DNA from: the human T2T-CHM13v2.0 reference genome, Homo sapiens
Reading direction: 5' to 3' (one strand)
DNA length: 64,000 bases
Assembly: GCF_009914755.1 (NCBI RefSeq)
Contig: NC_060929.1
In this document: one piece after another, positions 1 to 16,254 of the stretch
Numbering within the stretch: position 1 is the stretch's first letter
How the letters are laid out: every line of letters begins with the position of its first letter
Position numbers and translations under genes: made by a program
The notes under the pieces: generated by a model
Databases searched by the model: none
What the model was told of the DNA's origin: nothing
What the model saw: the letters and a program-made list of their open reading frames with translations, nothing else

Positions 1-363
1 TTGGAGTATAACATCTGATTATTGTCTATTTCTTAAGAGTGAATTTTGAGTGGACTCTAAGTGGTACATTTAGTTTGATCCTCTCTCCCACCCATATATC
101 TACTTTTTAAAAACCTATCAAATTCTAATTTATTGCCCTAAATTTCTTGTAACATTAGGCATTCTTTCCTATCTCCACAATTTTAAAACGTTAGTCATTA
201 TTTTAATGGATACCTGTTTGGGGAAAATGGTGAGGAGGCAGGCAGAATTGAGATATAATATGAAAGTTAATTAAAATATTTGAATTATAAAAACAAATGA
301 AAAACCAAGCCAATTTCAAACTTCTCACTAATAGTAATTCTCAGAAAGAAATGAACCTTTGTA

Positions 364-580
364 GCAGCACTACAGTGGTGTGTAAGAACATGGGCTCTGC
401 TATAAAATCTCAATCCAAATCCTACAAGTTATTAGCTTTATGACCTCAGATGAGCTATGTATTCTTTCTATGTGGCATCACCAATAAATTAGGACAATTA
501 TTAATACCTGCCTCACTGGATGAAAGAGTAGCTTAAATGATACTAAATACATAGACCACATAGCACAACACATCATAAAT
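364..580 (+). mobile_element. MIR SINE relic
   Basis: Degenerate MIR-like core (gtggtgtgtaagaacatgggctctg...ttattagctttatgacctcag...aatacctgcctcactgga). Confidence 0.55.
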
Positions 581-2287
581 ACCATGTCTTATTAAATATA
601 AGATTTCAAGGGTGGTAAGGCACACCATTATTTTATCTACTACTAGTAAGACACAAAAGACTGCCAATTAAGCAGTGACATATGCCTTAATGATAATCCT
701 GAGTGACAATCCATCACACCAGCTTCTCATTTGCTTTGAAATTAATTTAACCTACACCAAGGTTTTGGCAGTTTCTTATGTTTTCAATTGCATTCCTCTG
801 AATGTTATAGGCAATATTTGTTCACATGTACCTATAAAATAAATAATTAATCGCGTGAGTCCTCTAGGGTTTTGTCCTTTCTTTGATAACATAAATCATG
901 TTGTTTAATCGTTCCAAAAATACAAAAGAAGTATAATCATTCTTCCAACAATGAATGTGCCTGGATTTACATCAAATTATGTCTTTCTTCTGATCTATGA
1001 CATTTTTATTTTCAACATCTATATATTTAACTAATGAAATGTGTAATTATTTAGAAGGCATTTTATATGGCATTTAAACTCAATATATACAATAACATCA
1101 ATGCATATACTTAATTAAAATTATGACAAAAAATTGTGACCAAATTTGTGCATGTGTAACAAAACTGTCATAACTGTGCCACCCCAAATTGATTGTGTGA
1201 AGCTATTAATTACAAGTTTCATCAAAATTTCAGAGATATTCAAATATGAAAGAATGTACATTTTAAAATTGGTGGAATATTCTCAGTAAATATCAATTTG
1301 TATTATTGCAGATCATTGAGAGTGAAAGTTTGTGTTCATAAATATCCTGTACTCATTAAAATTTGTATCTTTTTGAAAAGCATCAGAAATATGTTCTGAT
1401 GAGCAAAAACTCAAAAAGTGTACCTAGCACATACCAGTTTTTATGAAACAGATTACCTGAAAATTATAATCTAGGATAAAACAACTGTGGTACAGCCATA
1501 CAATGGAACATTATTTAATAATAAAAGAAGAGATATCAATCCGCATGAAAAGACATGGTTGAACCATAAATGCACATTGCTAACTGAAAGAAGCCAGTAT
1601 GAAACAGTGGCATACTGTGTGATTCCAATTAAGTGTCCTGGAAAAGGTAACAAACAGTGAAAGTGGAAAGATCAGTGGTTACCAAGGGAGCAAGGTGAGG
1701 AAATTTGATTAGATAAAGCATAGGCTATTTCTTCACGGCAGTGAAACAGTTCTTTATACTACTGTAGTAGTGGATACATGGTATTATGTATTTATGAAAA
1801 TTGATAGAATGCTACAGTACAAATGATGAAAATAAAATATTTAGGGGGTCAAGGATCTCAGGAAGGAATGCATACTGTGATTAGAAAACCCTCCTGTATT
1901 GGAAATTTGTGAAATAATCTCACTACAGAGGATAAGTTGAAAGGTCTTGACGTAAGTAACTTTGAAAATGAGTGGAGTCTACACAACTAAAGACAAAAGG
2001 AACTGTGCATAAGTACTCTACTGTAGTTGATAAAATTGTTTCCCATAATGGTATTGGTTAATTCTCATATTGCTACACATGTATGTGGAATTGAAAAATC
2101 AATAAAATGGATCATGGATCGTGGAAGCCTGATTTCTTACTGTTGCAGCAGAAATTTACAGATAAGCAAGGGGAGGAGCCTCTAGAATTATCCATGTGGT
2201 AATGAGTTAGAGCTGGAAACATCAGTATAAACTCATATAAAGTTTAATATTGATATTGATGGTTCCATACAGAAATACTTATAAATG

Positions 2288-2671
2288 CCCAGGCCTTTTC
2301 AAAACTGCCAAGCAGATAGTCAGGGCCTGTGAAGTGTGCCAAACAAACAATTCCCTGCACTGCAGGCTGTACATTTCAATCCCTGTATCTTTAACCTCCT
2401 TATTAAATTTGTCTCTTCCAGAATCAAAGCTGTAAAACTACGAATGGTTCTTCAAATGGAGCCCCAGATGCAGTCCACAACTAAAATCTACTGTGGTCCC
2501 TTGGACCGGCCTGCTAGCCCATGCTCCGATGTTGATGACATCGAAGTCACCCCTCCTGAGGAAATCTCAACTGCACAACCCCTGCTACACCCCAATTCAG
2601 CAGGAAGCAGTTAGAGCAGTCATTAGCCAACCTCTCCAACAGCACTTGGGTTTTCCTGTTGAGGAGGGGAC
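2288..2671 (+). mobile_element. HERV-W (HERV17) internal fragment: integrase Zn-finger stub fused to env 3' end and polypurine tract
   Basis: Translation PGLFKTAKQIVRACEVCQ (integrase CxxC); Env tail ...PLDRPASPCSD...PNSAGSS*; PPT gaggaggggac at 2661-2671. Confidence 0.93.
2381..2614 (+). pseudogene. HERV-W env TM cytoplasmic-tail remnant (syncytin-1-like family, not ERVW-1 itself)
   Basis: PCIFNLLIKFVSSRIKAVKLRMVLQMEPQMQS...NSAGSS; no SU domain, no upstream env start. Confidence 0.9.
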
Positions 2672-3439
2672 TGAGAGACAGGACTAGCTGGATTTCCTAG
2701 GCTGACTAAGAATCCCTAAGCCTAGCTGGGAAGGTGACCATGTCCAGCTTTAAACATGGGGCTTGCAACTTAGTTCACATCTGACCAATCAGAGAGCTCA
2801 CTAAAACGCTAATTAGGCAAAAACAGGAGGTAAAGAAATAGCCAATCATCTATTGCCTGAGAGCACCAAAGGAGGGACAACGATCAGATATAAACCCAGG
2901 CATTCAAGCCAGCAACGGCAACCCCTTTGGGTCCCCTCCCTTTGTATGGGAGCTCTGTTTTCACTCTATTAAATCTTGCAACTGCACTCTTCTGGTCCAT
3001 GTTTGTTACAGCTTGAGCTGAGTTTCACTTGCCATCCACCACTGCTGTTGGCCGCTGTTGCAGACCCGCCACTGACTTCCATCCCTCCAGATCCAAAAGG
3101 GTGTCTGCTGTGCTTCTGATCCAGTGAGGTGTCCATTGCCACTCCCAATCGGGCTAAAGGCTTGCCATTGTTCCTGCACGGCTAAGTGCCCGGGTTCATC
3201 CTAATCAAGCAGAACACTGGTCACTGGGTTCCATGGCTCTCTTCTGTGACCCACAGCTTCTAATAGAGCTATAGCACTCACCACATGGCCCAAGATTACA
3301 TTCCTTGGAATCCTTGAGGCCAAGAACCCCAGGTCAGAAAAGATGAGGCTTGCCACCATCTTGGAAGTGGCCTGCTGCCATCTTGGAAGCAGCCCACCAC
3401 CATCTTGAGAGCTCTGGGAGAAAGGACCCCCCGATTACA
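2672..3439 (+). mobile_element. LTR17 (HERV-W LTR), complete U3-R-U5
   Basis: Starts TGAGAGACAGGACTAGCTGGATTTCCTAGG, ends ...GGACCCCCCGATTACA; CCAAT boxes, TATAAA 2889-2894, ATTAAA 2968-2973. Confidence 0.95.
2780..2900 (+). promoter_or_regulatory. LTR17 U3 promoter core (two CCAAT boxes plus TATA)
   Basis: gaccaatc near 2785, gccaatc near 2841, TATAAA 2889-2894; activity not shown. Confidence 0.5.
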
Positions 3440-3718
3440 GAATGATTAAATAAAGCTGATTAACATATCCATCATCCAGCTCACCTTTGTGGTGGGACAT
3501 TTGAAATTTATGCTTAGCAATTTTGAAATATATGATACATTATTATTTACTATAGCCACCATACTGTGCAATAGATCTCAAAACTTTATTCCTCCTAATG
3601 AAAACTTTGTACCCTTTGAACAGCATCTCCCTGTCTGCTGTACCCCCCAACACACCCCAGCCTCTCATAACCCCTTTTCTACCCGTTATTTATATAAATT
3701 TGGCTTTTTTAGATTCCA
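3440..3718 (-). mobile_element. L1MA 3'UTR fragment truncated at both ends (putative transduced flank)
   Basis: gaatgattaaataaagctgattaacatatccatca...ctatagccaccatactgtgcaatagatctc...ttttttagattcca matches the antisense L1MA 3'UTR; followed by an A-rich tail. Confidence 0.8.
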
Positions 3719-4272
3719 AAATAAAAGAAAAAGAAAAACTTATAAAGGTGTGTGTATACACAATTTGTATATACAGAGAAATAATTGATCCTAAGGCTGA
3801 GGTTGGAAATATATAACATGAACCTGGAGCATCTTATAGTTCCATAATGTAAAGAAGCTGTGAGAAAATAATTAAATCATTGGAGGTGTGGAAAGGGACA
3901 CAGGAGACAACTGAAAGAGCTCCCACTAGCCAAACCTGAAGTAATTTGAGAAACTGAAATAAATAAAATAATACTGGATTATAAACCAAAGTATGAGGTA
4001 AATATCCATGAGCCCATACTGATGTAAACAAATGATTGAATAAATATATAAATTGGGAAAGCATTCAACGATCTTCCTTGCAGAATATTAATTTATGTAG
4101 ATAGTCTTCTCTCAAAAAGGGGAAGCATAAATCCTCACCACTTAAGTATAGGCTACACATAATGAAAAAAGAATGAGAAGCTTTACAAATACTTTACAAA
4201 CCTGATAAATGCGACCTCAACCAGGTATTAAGGGTCAACATGAACAGTGATAAAATGTTCATAGCACATAGT

Positions 4273-4661
4273 TGCAATGGTTAGTTTTATGTGTCAATTT
4301 GGCTAGGCTATAGTACCCGGTTGTTTAAGTAAATACTAATGTAACCATTGTTGTGAAGGTATTTTATAGATGAGGTTAACATCTACAACTAGTTAACCTT
4401 AAGGAAAAGAGATTAACCTCAATAAAATGAGTGGCCCTCATCCTATCCGTGGAAGGTCTGAAGAGCAAAGACTGAGGTATTTCAGAGAAGAAATTATGCC
4501 TCAAGAGTGCAGCGTCAACTCCTTTTTGAGTTTTCATTCTGCCAAGCTGTCCTTCAGACTTGATACTCACAAGTCCCCACAATTGTGTGATCCAATTCCT
4601 TAAAATACATCTCTTCACACAGATTATGTAAGTCGTTTCTCTGCAGACACTAATTGATACA
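4273..4661 (+). mobile_element. MLT2 (ERVL) solo LTR
   Basis: Starts tgcaatggttagttttatgtgtcaatttggctagg, ends ...taattgataca. Confidence 0.8.
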
Positions 4662-4823
4662 GTGCACTTGATAAGATGTGGTAAAAATGGTACTTTTACC
4701 TCTGTGATCTTCCTTCCCAAATCAATAACTCTATTTGAGCCATTAGAACAAAAATCAAACAAATTCCAAAAGAGGGGTATCTTACAAAATACATGGCCAG
4801 TACTCCTCAAACTGTCATGCTCA

Positions 4824-5229
4824 TAGTTATGGTTCGAGTATACCCTCCCAAACTCACACTAAAATGTAATATTCATTGTAGCAGCATTAAGAGGTGGGAA
4901 CTTTAAGAGGTAATTAGGCCATGAGGGCTTTACTTTCATGAATTAATTTGTGCTGTTATTGTGGGATTAGGTTAGTTGTAATGGGAGTGCATTCTTGATA
5001 AAAAGGATGAGTTTGGGTCTGATTTGCTCTTTATCTCTTGTGCTCCCTTCTATCTTCTTCCTTCTGCCTTCTGCCATGGGATAATGCATGAATGCTCTCA
5101 CCAGATACTAGTGCAATGTTCTTGGACTTTCCAGCCTCCAGAATTATGAGCCAAATAACTTATTTTCTTTGTAAATCACCCAATATGTGGTATTGTGTTA
5201 TATTATAGCAGCAGAAAATAGACTAATAC
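4824..5229 (+). mobile_element. MST-type MaLR solo LTR
   Basis: gaggtaattaggccatgagggc; cttggactttccagcctccagaa; ends gcagaaaatagactaataca. Confidence 0.8.
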
Positions 5230-5405
5230 AATTATCATAAACAGGGAAAGTCTGTGAAACTGCCATAGCCAAGAGGAGCCTAACAAGACATGACAAGTTA
5301 ATGCAATGTAGTATCCTGGATGGGATGTTGGAACAAAGACAGGCATTAGGCAAAACTGAGGAAATACCAAGTATGAAATTTAATTAACAATGATGTATCA
5401 GTATT

Positions 5406-5728
5406 GTTTTGTTGTTGTTGTTGTTGTTGTTTGTTTTTTCAGAGACAGAGAGACTCTATTGTCCAGGATGGAGTGCAGTGGCACAGTCATAGCTCACTAT
5501 AACCTCAAATTCCTGGGCTCAAACAATCCTCTTGCCTGAGCCCACTGAGTAGCTGGGACTACAAGCATGTGCCACCATGCTCAGCTAATTTTTTTAAAAT
5601 TACTTTTTATAGTAATGGGGGTCTCATTAAGTTGCCCAGGCTGGTCATGAACTCCTGGTCTCACACAATCCTCCCACTTCAGCCTCCCAAATTGCTGGGA
5701 TTACAGGCATGAACCCTTGCACTTGGCC
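5406..5728 (-). mobile_element. AluJ
   Basis: Antisense Alu dimer with J-like features (cctgggctcaaacaatcc); (TTG)n tail on the left. Confidence 0.9.
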
Positions 5729-8700
5729 TGTGTTGGTTATTAATTGTAACAAATGTACCATACTAATGTAAAATGTTAATAAAAGGAAAAACTGGCTTTG
5801 GGGGCATATCAAATTTCTGTGTGCTATCTTTGCAATTTTTTCATAAATTTAAAACCATTCTAAAAAATAGTCTATTATTATAGTAGTTTTGAGAGTGGCA
5901 AGACTATGGAAAGCAAGCCAATTATCTGCTTCAGACTGTTGAGTTCTCCAAAGTAGAAGGCCCAGGGTGATATTATTTTCACTCTGTTTAATTTATTTTT
6001 AGTTTTCACCATTCTTGTTTTTTTTGTTGTTCTTTTTCTTTATGAGTTAAAGTTTGAAATACATAAATATTGACTATTATTTCATATTTATGCTGTTTAT
6101 AAGTGTAGTCTTAAGCAAATGATTGTAATAGCTACAAAAGAATGTAATGATAGCAGATAAACAGCTATATTGTAAAGTAACAATTGAAGGTAATGTAATT
6201 TATTAGCTAGTGTTATGATAGCTAATGTTGCCTATTAAAGTAATTTTGTCAATTTTAATAGAATCTGATGCTGTCTTAGCATCAATTAGTATCACCTTGT
6301 GCTCAGGAATGTATGAAAACTTGCTATTCAGATAAATGTTAATTATATTTTTCTAATTTTGAAAATTTTTTGTATAATATGTTAGTAATTTACTAACATA
6401 AGACAGGGAAAATAGGGACAACATGGTTACCAGTTTCCTGTTCAAAGATATGGACGTCACTGCCCCATCCTAAAAAAAAAGGGCTTGTCCAGAGGAGGAA
6501 TGAATAGTGTGGGCAGGTCATACATTTTTTTTCATTGCAATACCTCAAGTACATGAGCCAAAACTTCTTCAGGTAGAGTATTGAGTTCACTACTCAGCTT
6601 TCATTCTCCCAACAAGGGAAAAAGACCACAACTAAGTTGGGTGATAAAATGTTAATTCTTCAAAGCTGTGCCTAGTGTAACATCTACTAGTTAGTAATCA
6701 TTTGATAACTATGTTTTGAATGATTGGTTGCTGCCTAATATTTTATGTACAGAATTTGGAGTGGGAAGAAAAGAGTTTTTTGCTTATGGGTCACTGAGGA
6801 CTGAGTTCTATCCTGGAATATAGGACTTTACTCTTTGTTCCTAGTCATCTTAGCCAATTTCCCTTAATGACTATAACAAATAAAATAATCACTTATTTAT
6901 TTTCTCTGGAAGAAAAAATTAATAAATCGAACAAAAATAGTATTAAATAGTGTCCATATGAAATGTGTGTGCTCTGATAAAGGCTGGCCTTTGCTTTACG
7001 TCCAATGAGCTACTCTTTATGTTCTTCTCAGAATTTGCTTCACTAGGAAAGAAAGGAATCTCCATGGTTTCCTAATACCTATCACAGAAAATAGCAAAGA
7101 GTAGCAGGGGCTCCTATAACCAAATAGCATGTAAATCAATACCCCTGTAATTCTGATTTTTCTACAATTAATATTTATTTTATGTATAATCATAGAGAAA
7201 GTAAAGTATATATTCACTGAAAAAGGCCCCTATATATCAGGCCAAACATCGCCACTTGGAACTACGTTGAGCTAAATATATTAGAAGGTTTCACTAAATA
7301 TCGGCCTGGATAATATAACTAACCTGGAACTTTAATATGAAATGCACATGGACTCATGTTTCATCTAGTCCTATTTGTATAAGAAATGATTAAATTTAGT
7401 ATTTTAAAATTCAAATGTTATTTCTATGCTTAGTCTTCTCTTAAAGATAGAAAATATAATAAATTGGAAAACTTTCATCTTTAACTTAAAATTGAGATTA
7501 CAATAGGAAATGCAAAATTACAGAACCAAGACTTACTATTTATCTCAGTCAAAATAGAGCTGATTTATGCAAAGTATGGCGTATTTTAAAGTTTAGACTT
7601 ATGGTTAGAAGACATAAATGTTAAAAGTCTTTCAACTATTTGCAGTTTAGTCACCTTGAGTGTATCTCTTATTTTCTTTAGCCCTTGGTCTCTTATCGCA
7701 AAACCAGGACAATAGTAACAACCCCAAAAGCTTATTATAAGGACTATAGAGAGGGCTTTAAAAATAAAATGTTTAGTGAACAATATGTCTGAGAAGAGGA
7801 ACAGACTGTACTGAAGGAGAAAAATGCACAAAATTCAGCTTTATAGAGTTAAACAATGGGATTCAGAGAGATGGATATTGATCACAAAGACTGGTGGAGA
7901 AACAACGGAAAATAGGAAACCATAGAATGATAGATTTCTTGCCACCTTAAGAGTGGGATGAGCAAAGAACACAGTTGGAGTTTGCTATAATGAAGTAGAA
8001 ATTCAAGAAAACTAAACCATGCACATGCCGTGGTTACCGTGGCTATAAACTCCCCTACTACAGAAATGATATTATTGTTAATAAAAAAATGTTAATACAT
8101 TAGGGATGGAGCAATGAGTTGTTTAACTAATCCCACCTTGAGCAAAGAAAATCTGGAGGGTTTTATGCAATTAGGATAAGATCTTGAGGAAAAACATTTG
8201 TGTTATGTACTGCATATAAAAGAGTGAAGCTAGGCCCATGTGCTCAAGGCACAGCATACCTGTCATGTCTCCTAATGACTGCCCATCTGTGGTATAGATG
8301 ATAAACTGGTTGTGTATCTATGTTGTTTGCCCCGCCCTGTCTGTTGGCACTGCCACTCGAAAGGAAACTCTAAAAATGTATGATAATAAAATGCTACTAA
8401 GGATGCTTTATTAATTTCATTGTTCATTATTAGTATTACTTATATTAATAATATAATTACTAGTATTATTAATATAATAAATTTTTAAATCTTTTTTATT
8501 GGACAAAACTCTTCCAAGCCAAAGTTCAAGGCTATGAAAAAGCATGCCATTCCTCATTGGTAGTGTTGCTAGCAATTCACCCTGGTTTCTCATAACACCC
8601 AGGGCTGATAACTACAATGCCCATACTGAATGGCAAACACCCCATTATCTAAATATTTCTGTCTACCTTTGCCTTTGGAATACACTTAGTTCCTCTCACT

Positions 8701-9844
8701 CAAGACCTGAAAGTATGGGGTAGCTAACTGATAAACCAGTGAAAAAGCATAATTACATAAATATATGGCCTTTATCAAGGATTTTTCATACGTTTTAATA
8801 AAGCCTTTTGAGCTTCCATGACAGGTGGAGGGTAAGAATGACTGGCTGGAGAGGGCGCTTCCAAGATGGCCAAATAGGAACAGCTCTGGTCTGCAGCTCC
8901 CAGTGAGACAGCATTTTTTCTGCATTTTCAACTGAGGTACCTGGTTCATCTCATTGGGACTGGTGGAACAGTTGGTGCAGCCCACTGAGGGCAAGCTGAA
9001 GCAGGGCAGGGGCATTGCCTCACCCAGGAAGCCAAAGGGTCAGGGAATTTCCCTTTCCTAGTCAAGGAAAGCTGTGACAGACTGTACCTGGAGAAACAGT
9101 ACACTCATGACCAAATCTGCACTTTTCCCATGGTCTTCACAACCAGCAGACCAGGAGATACCCTTCCTTGCCCTCCCATGCCCATGGAGGCTTGCTCACT
9201 GCTAGCACAGCAGTCTGAGATCAACCTGTGATGCTGCAGCTTGATGGATGGAAGAGTGTCCACCATTGCTGAAGCTTGAGTACCTCATAGTGTAAACAAA
9301 GTGTAAACTGGGTGGAGCCCACCGCAGCTCAGCAAGGCCTACTGCGTCTCCAGATTCCACCTCTGGGGGCAGGGCATAGCAGAACAAAAGGCAGCACACA
9401 GCTTCTACAGACTTAAATGTCCCTGTCTGACAGCTCTGAAGAGAGCAGTGGTTCTCTCAGCAAGATGTTCGAGCTCCGAGAATGGACAGACTGCCTCCTC
9501 AAGCGGGTCCCTGACCCCCATGTAGCCTGACTGGGAGACACCTCCAGTAGGGGCCAACAAACACCTCAAACAGGTGGATGCCTCTCTGGGACGAAGCTTC
9601 CAGAATAAGGATCAGGCAGCAATATTTGCTGTTCTGCAGCCTCTGCTGGTGATACCCAGGCAAACAGGGTCTGGAGTGGACCTCCAGCAAACTCCAACAG
9701 ACCTGCAGCTGAGGGGCCTGACTGTTAGAAGGAAAACTAACAAACCAAAAGAAATGGCATCAACATCAACAAAAAAGACACCACACCAAAACCCCACCTG
9801 TAGGTCACCAACATCAAAGAACAAAGGTAGATAAAACCACAAAG

Positions 9845-10655
9845 ATGGGGAGAAACCAGAGCAGAAAAGCTGAAAATTCCAAAACTGAGAGCCTCTTCTC
9901 CTCCAAAGGACCACAGCTCCTCACCAGCAATGGAACAAAACTGGATGGAGAATGAGTTTGACGAGTTGACAGAAGTAGGTTTCAGAAGGTTGGTAATAAC
10001 AAATTTCTCCAAGGCACAAGGAAGCTAAAAACCTTGAAAAAAGTCTAGATGAATGGTTAACTAGAATAAACAGTGTAGAGAAGATCTTAAATGACCTGAT
10101 GGAACTGATAACCACAGCACAAGAACTTCGTGACTCATGCACAAGCTTCAACACCCAATTGGATCAAGTGGAAGAGAGGATATCAGTGATTGAAGATCAA
10201 ATTAATGAAATATAGCAAGAAGACAAGATTAGAGAAAAAAGACTGACAAGAAACAAACAAAGCCTCCAAGAAATACGGGACTATGTGAAAAGACCAAACA
10301 TACAGTTGACTGGTGTACCAGAAAGTGACAGGGAGAATGTAACCAAGCTAGAAAACACTCTTCGGGATATTATCCAGGAGAACTTCCCTAACCTAGCAAA
10401 GCAGGCCAACATTCAAATTCAGGAAATGTAGAGAACACCACAAAGATACTCCTCAAGAAGACCAACCCCAAGACACAAAATTGTTAGATTCACCAAAGTT
10501 GAAATGAAGGAAAAAATATTAAGGGCAGCCAGAGAGAAAGGTCGGGTTACTCATAAAGGGAAGCCCATCAGACTAACAGCGGATCTCTTGGAAGAAACCC
10601 GACAAGCCAGAAGAGAGTGGGGGACAATATTCAACATTCTTAAAGAAAATAATTT
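9845..10655 (+). pseudogene. L1 ORF1p remnant (frameshifted, C-terminus deleted)
   Basis: ATGGGGAGAAACCAG start; MKEKILRAAREKGRVTHKGKPIRLTADL; homology stops at ...NILKE. Confidence 0.9.
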
Positions 10656-11310
10656 ATTTGTTTTTCTTTTTTATTATACTTTAAGTTCTAGGGAACATGT
10701 GCACAACGTGAAGGTTTGTTACATATGTATACATGTGCCATGTTGGCGTGCTGCACCCATTAACTCATCATTACATTAGGTTTGTCTCCTAATGCTATCC
10801 CTCCCCCCTATCCCCACCCCACGACAGGCCCAGGTGTGTGATATTCCCCACCCTGTGTCCAAGTGTTCTCATTGTTCAATTCCCACCTATGAGTGAGAAC
10901 ACGGGGTGTTTGGTTTTCTATCCTTGTGATGGTTGGCTCAGAATGATGGTTTCCAGCTTCATCCATGTCCCTACAAAGGACATGAACTCATACTTTCTTA
11001 TGGCTGCATAGTGTTCCATGGTGTATATGTGCCACATTTTCTTAATCCAGTCTATCATTGATGGACATTTGGGTTGGTTCCAAGTCTTTGCTATTGTGAA
11101 TAGTGCCACAATAAACATATGTGTGCATGTGTCCTTACAGCAGCATGATTTATAATCCTTTGGGTATATACCCAGCAAATGATATATACCCAGCAAATGA
11201 CTGGGTCAAATGGTATTTCTAGTTCTAAATCCTTGAGAAATCATCACACTGTCTTCCACAATGGTTGAACTAGTTTACAGTCCCACCAACAGTGTAAAAG
11301 TGTTCCTACT
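10653..11310 (-). mobile_element. Nested antisense L1PA (about L1PA5) 3' fragment
   Basis: T-rich tail, then ttattatactttaagttctaggg...; minus-strand [16 protein letters not shown]...[10 protein letters not shown]. Confidence 0.93.
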
Positions 11311-15231
<3,921 letters not shown>

Positions 15232-15936
15232 ACAATAAGAACATATGGGCACAGGGTGGGGAACATCACACACCAGGTCCTGTTTGGGGGTGGGGGTTAG
15301 GGAGGGATAGCATTAGGAGAAATACCTAATATAAATGACAAGTTGATGGGTGCAGGAAACCAACATGGCACATGTATACCTATGTAATAAACTTGCACAT
15401 TGTGCACATGTACCCTAGAACTTAAAGTACAAAATAAATAAATACATAAAAATAATGACTAGCTGGTAGAAGAAAAAATAGTCCACCCATTTTGTGTAAA
15501 TGTAGAGTCAGCCTAGTATATGAGCATCAGATCTAGATTGAGTCTTGTTGCCAGAAATGACGACAATCCTGCCATTTCACTTCAGATTCTTAAAGATTTC
15601 TCCTCACTCTCCCACATTTATTGAAATTTCAGGGCTGAGCAGTGGAAAGGATTCCTTCTTAACTGTTGGAAAACCAACAATAAAACTCGAGCATCCATTC
15701 CAAGACAGACATGTCTGCTAAGAGATTAATGAAGAACTGCCGTGCAAATGCATCTGTTTTCATCGGCTAGTCATTTTGGTGCATGTCAACCTTAAACAGA
15801 GACTTGGTGGAGTAGCCTCCATAGACCATCTCAGTCACATGATTCTTGCATAGCAATTGCACAAGTTCATGGGATCCTAAAAGTCAATTTTACTCATTTA
15901 ATCATATAGCAGAAAATAGATTGTAAGGTTTCTTCA

Positions 15937-15995
15937 CCAAACAACAACAACAAAAAAAAACAACAAAAAACAAAACAAAACAAAAAACCAAAAAC
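15937..15995. repeat. (CAA)n/(CAAAA)n simple repeat
   Basis: Seen directly. Confidence 0.85.
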
Positions 15996-16133
15996 AGTAA
16001 GTCTTGTTGTTCATACTGAGAATATTTGTATTCCAACTGGGTAATTATAGTTAAATAATGGATCATCTGTACTTATTACTCCCTTCTTTTTTTTCTTTTT
16101 CTCTCAGTGCTCTTCTCTGCTTCTAGTATTTGT

Positions 16134-16134
<1 letters not shown>

Positions 16135-16170
<36 letters not shown>
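16135..16170. repeat. (GT)n microsatellite followed by a purine-rich tract
   Basis: About 18 GT units seen directly. Confidence 0.95.
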
Positions 16171-16172
<2 letters not shown>

Positions 16173-16254
16173 CAGAGAGAGAGGTGGGGGGGAAGAAGGG
16201 AGAGGGAGAAGTGAAGAGAAGACAGAGAAAGATAGTGTTCTTCATCTCTTAACC

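Larger units (their letters stand above)
1470..5870 (+). mobile_element. Old L1M (L1MC/L1MD-like) 3' region, interrupted by nested HERV-W, MLT2, MST and AluJ insertions
   Basis: L1M 3' end motifs (actgtggtacagccatacaatggaa; gaaagaagccag; aaatgtaccatactaatgtaaaatgttaataa) resume colinearly at 3749, 4662, 5230 and 5729. Confidence 0.75.

Noticed and set aside
960-1280. Possible Tigger-like DNA transposon end
   Set aside because: Similarity too weak to support without a profile search
2336-2614. 92-aa ORF resembling syncytin-1
   Set aside because: GTG start, only the cytoplasmic tail, with no signal peptide, SU or TM anchor; it cannot be a functional Env
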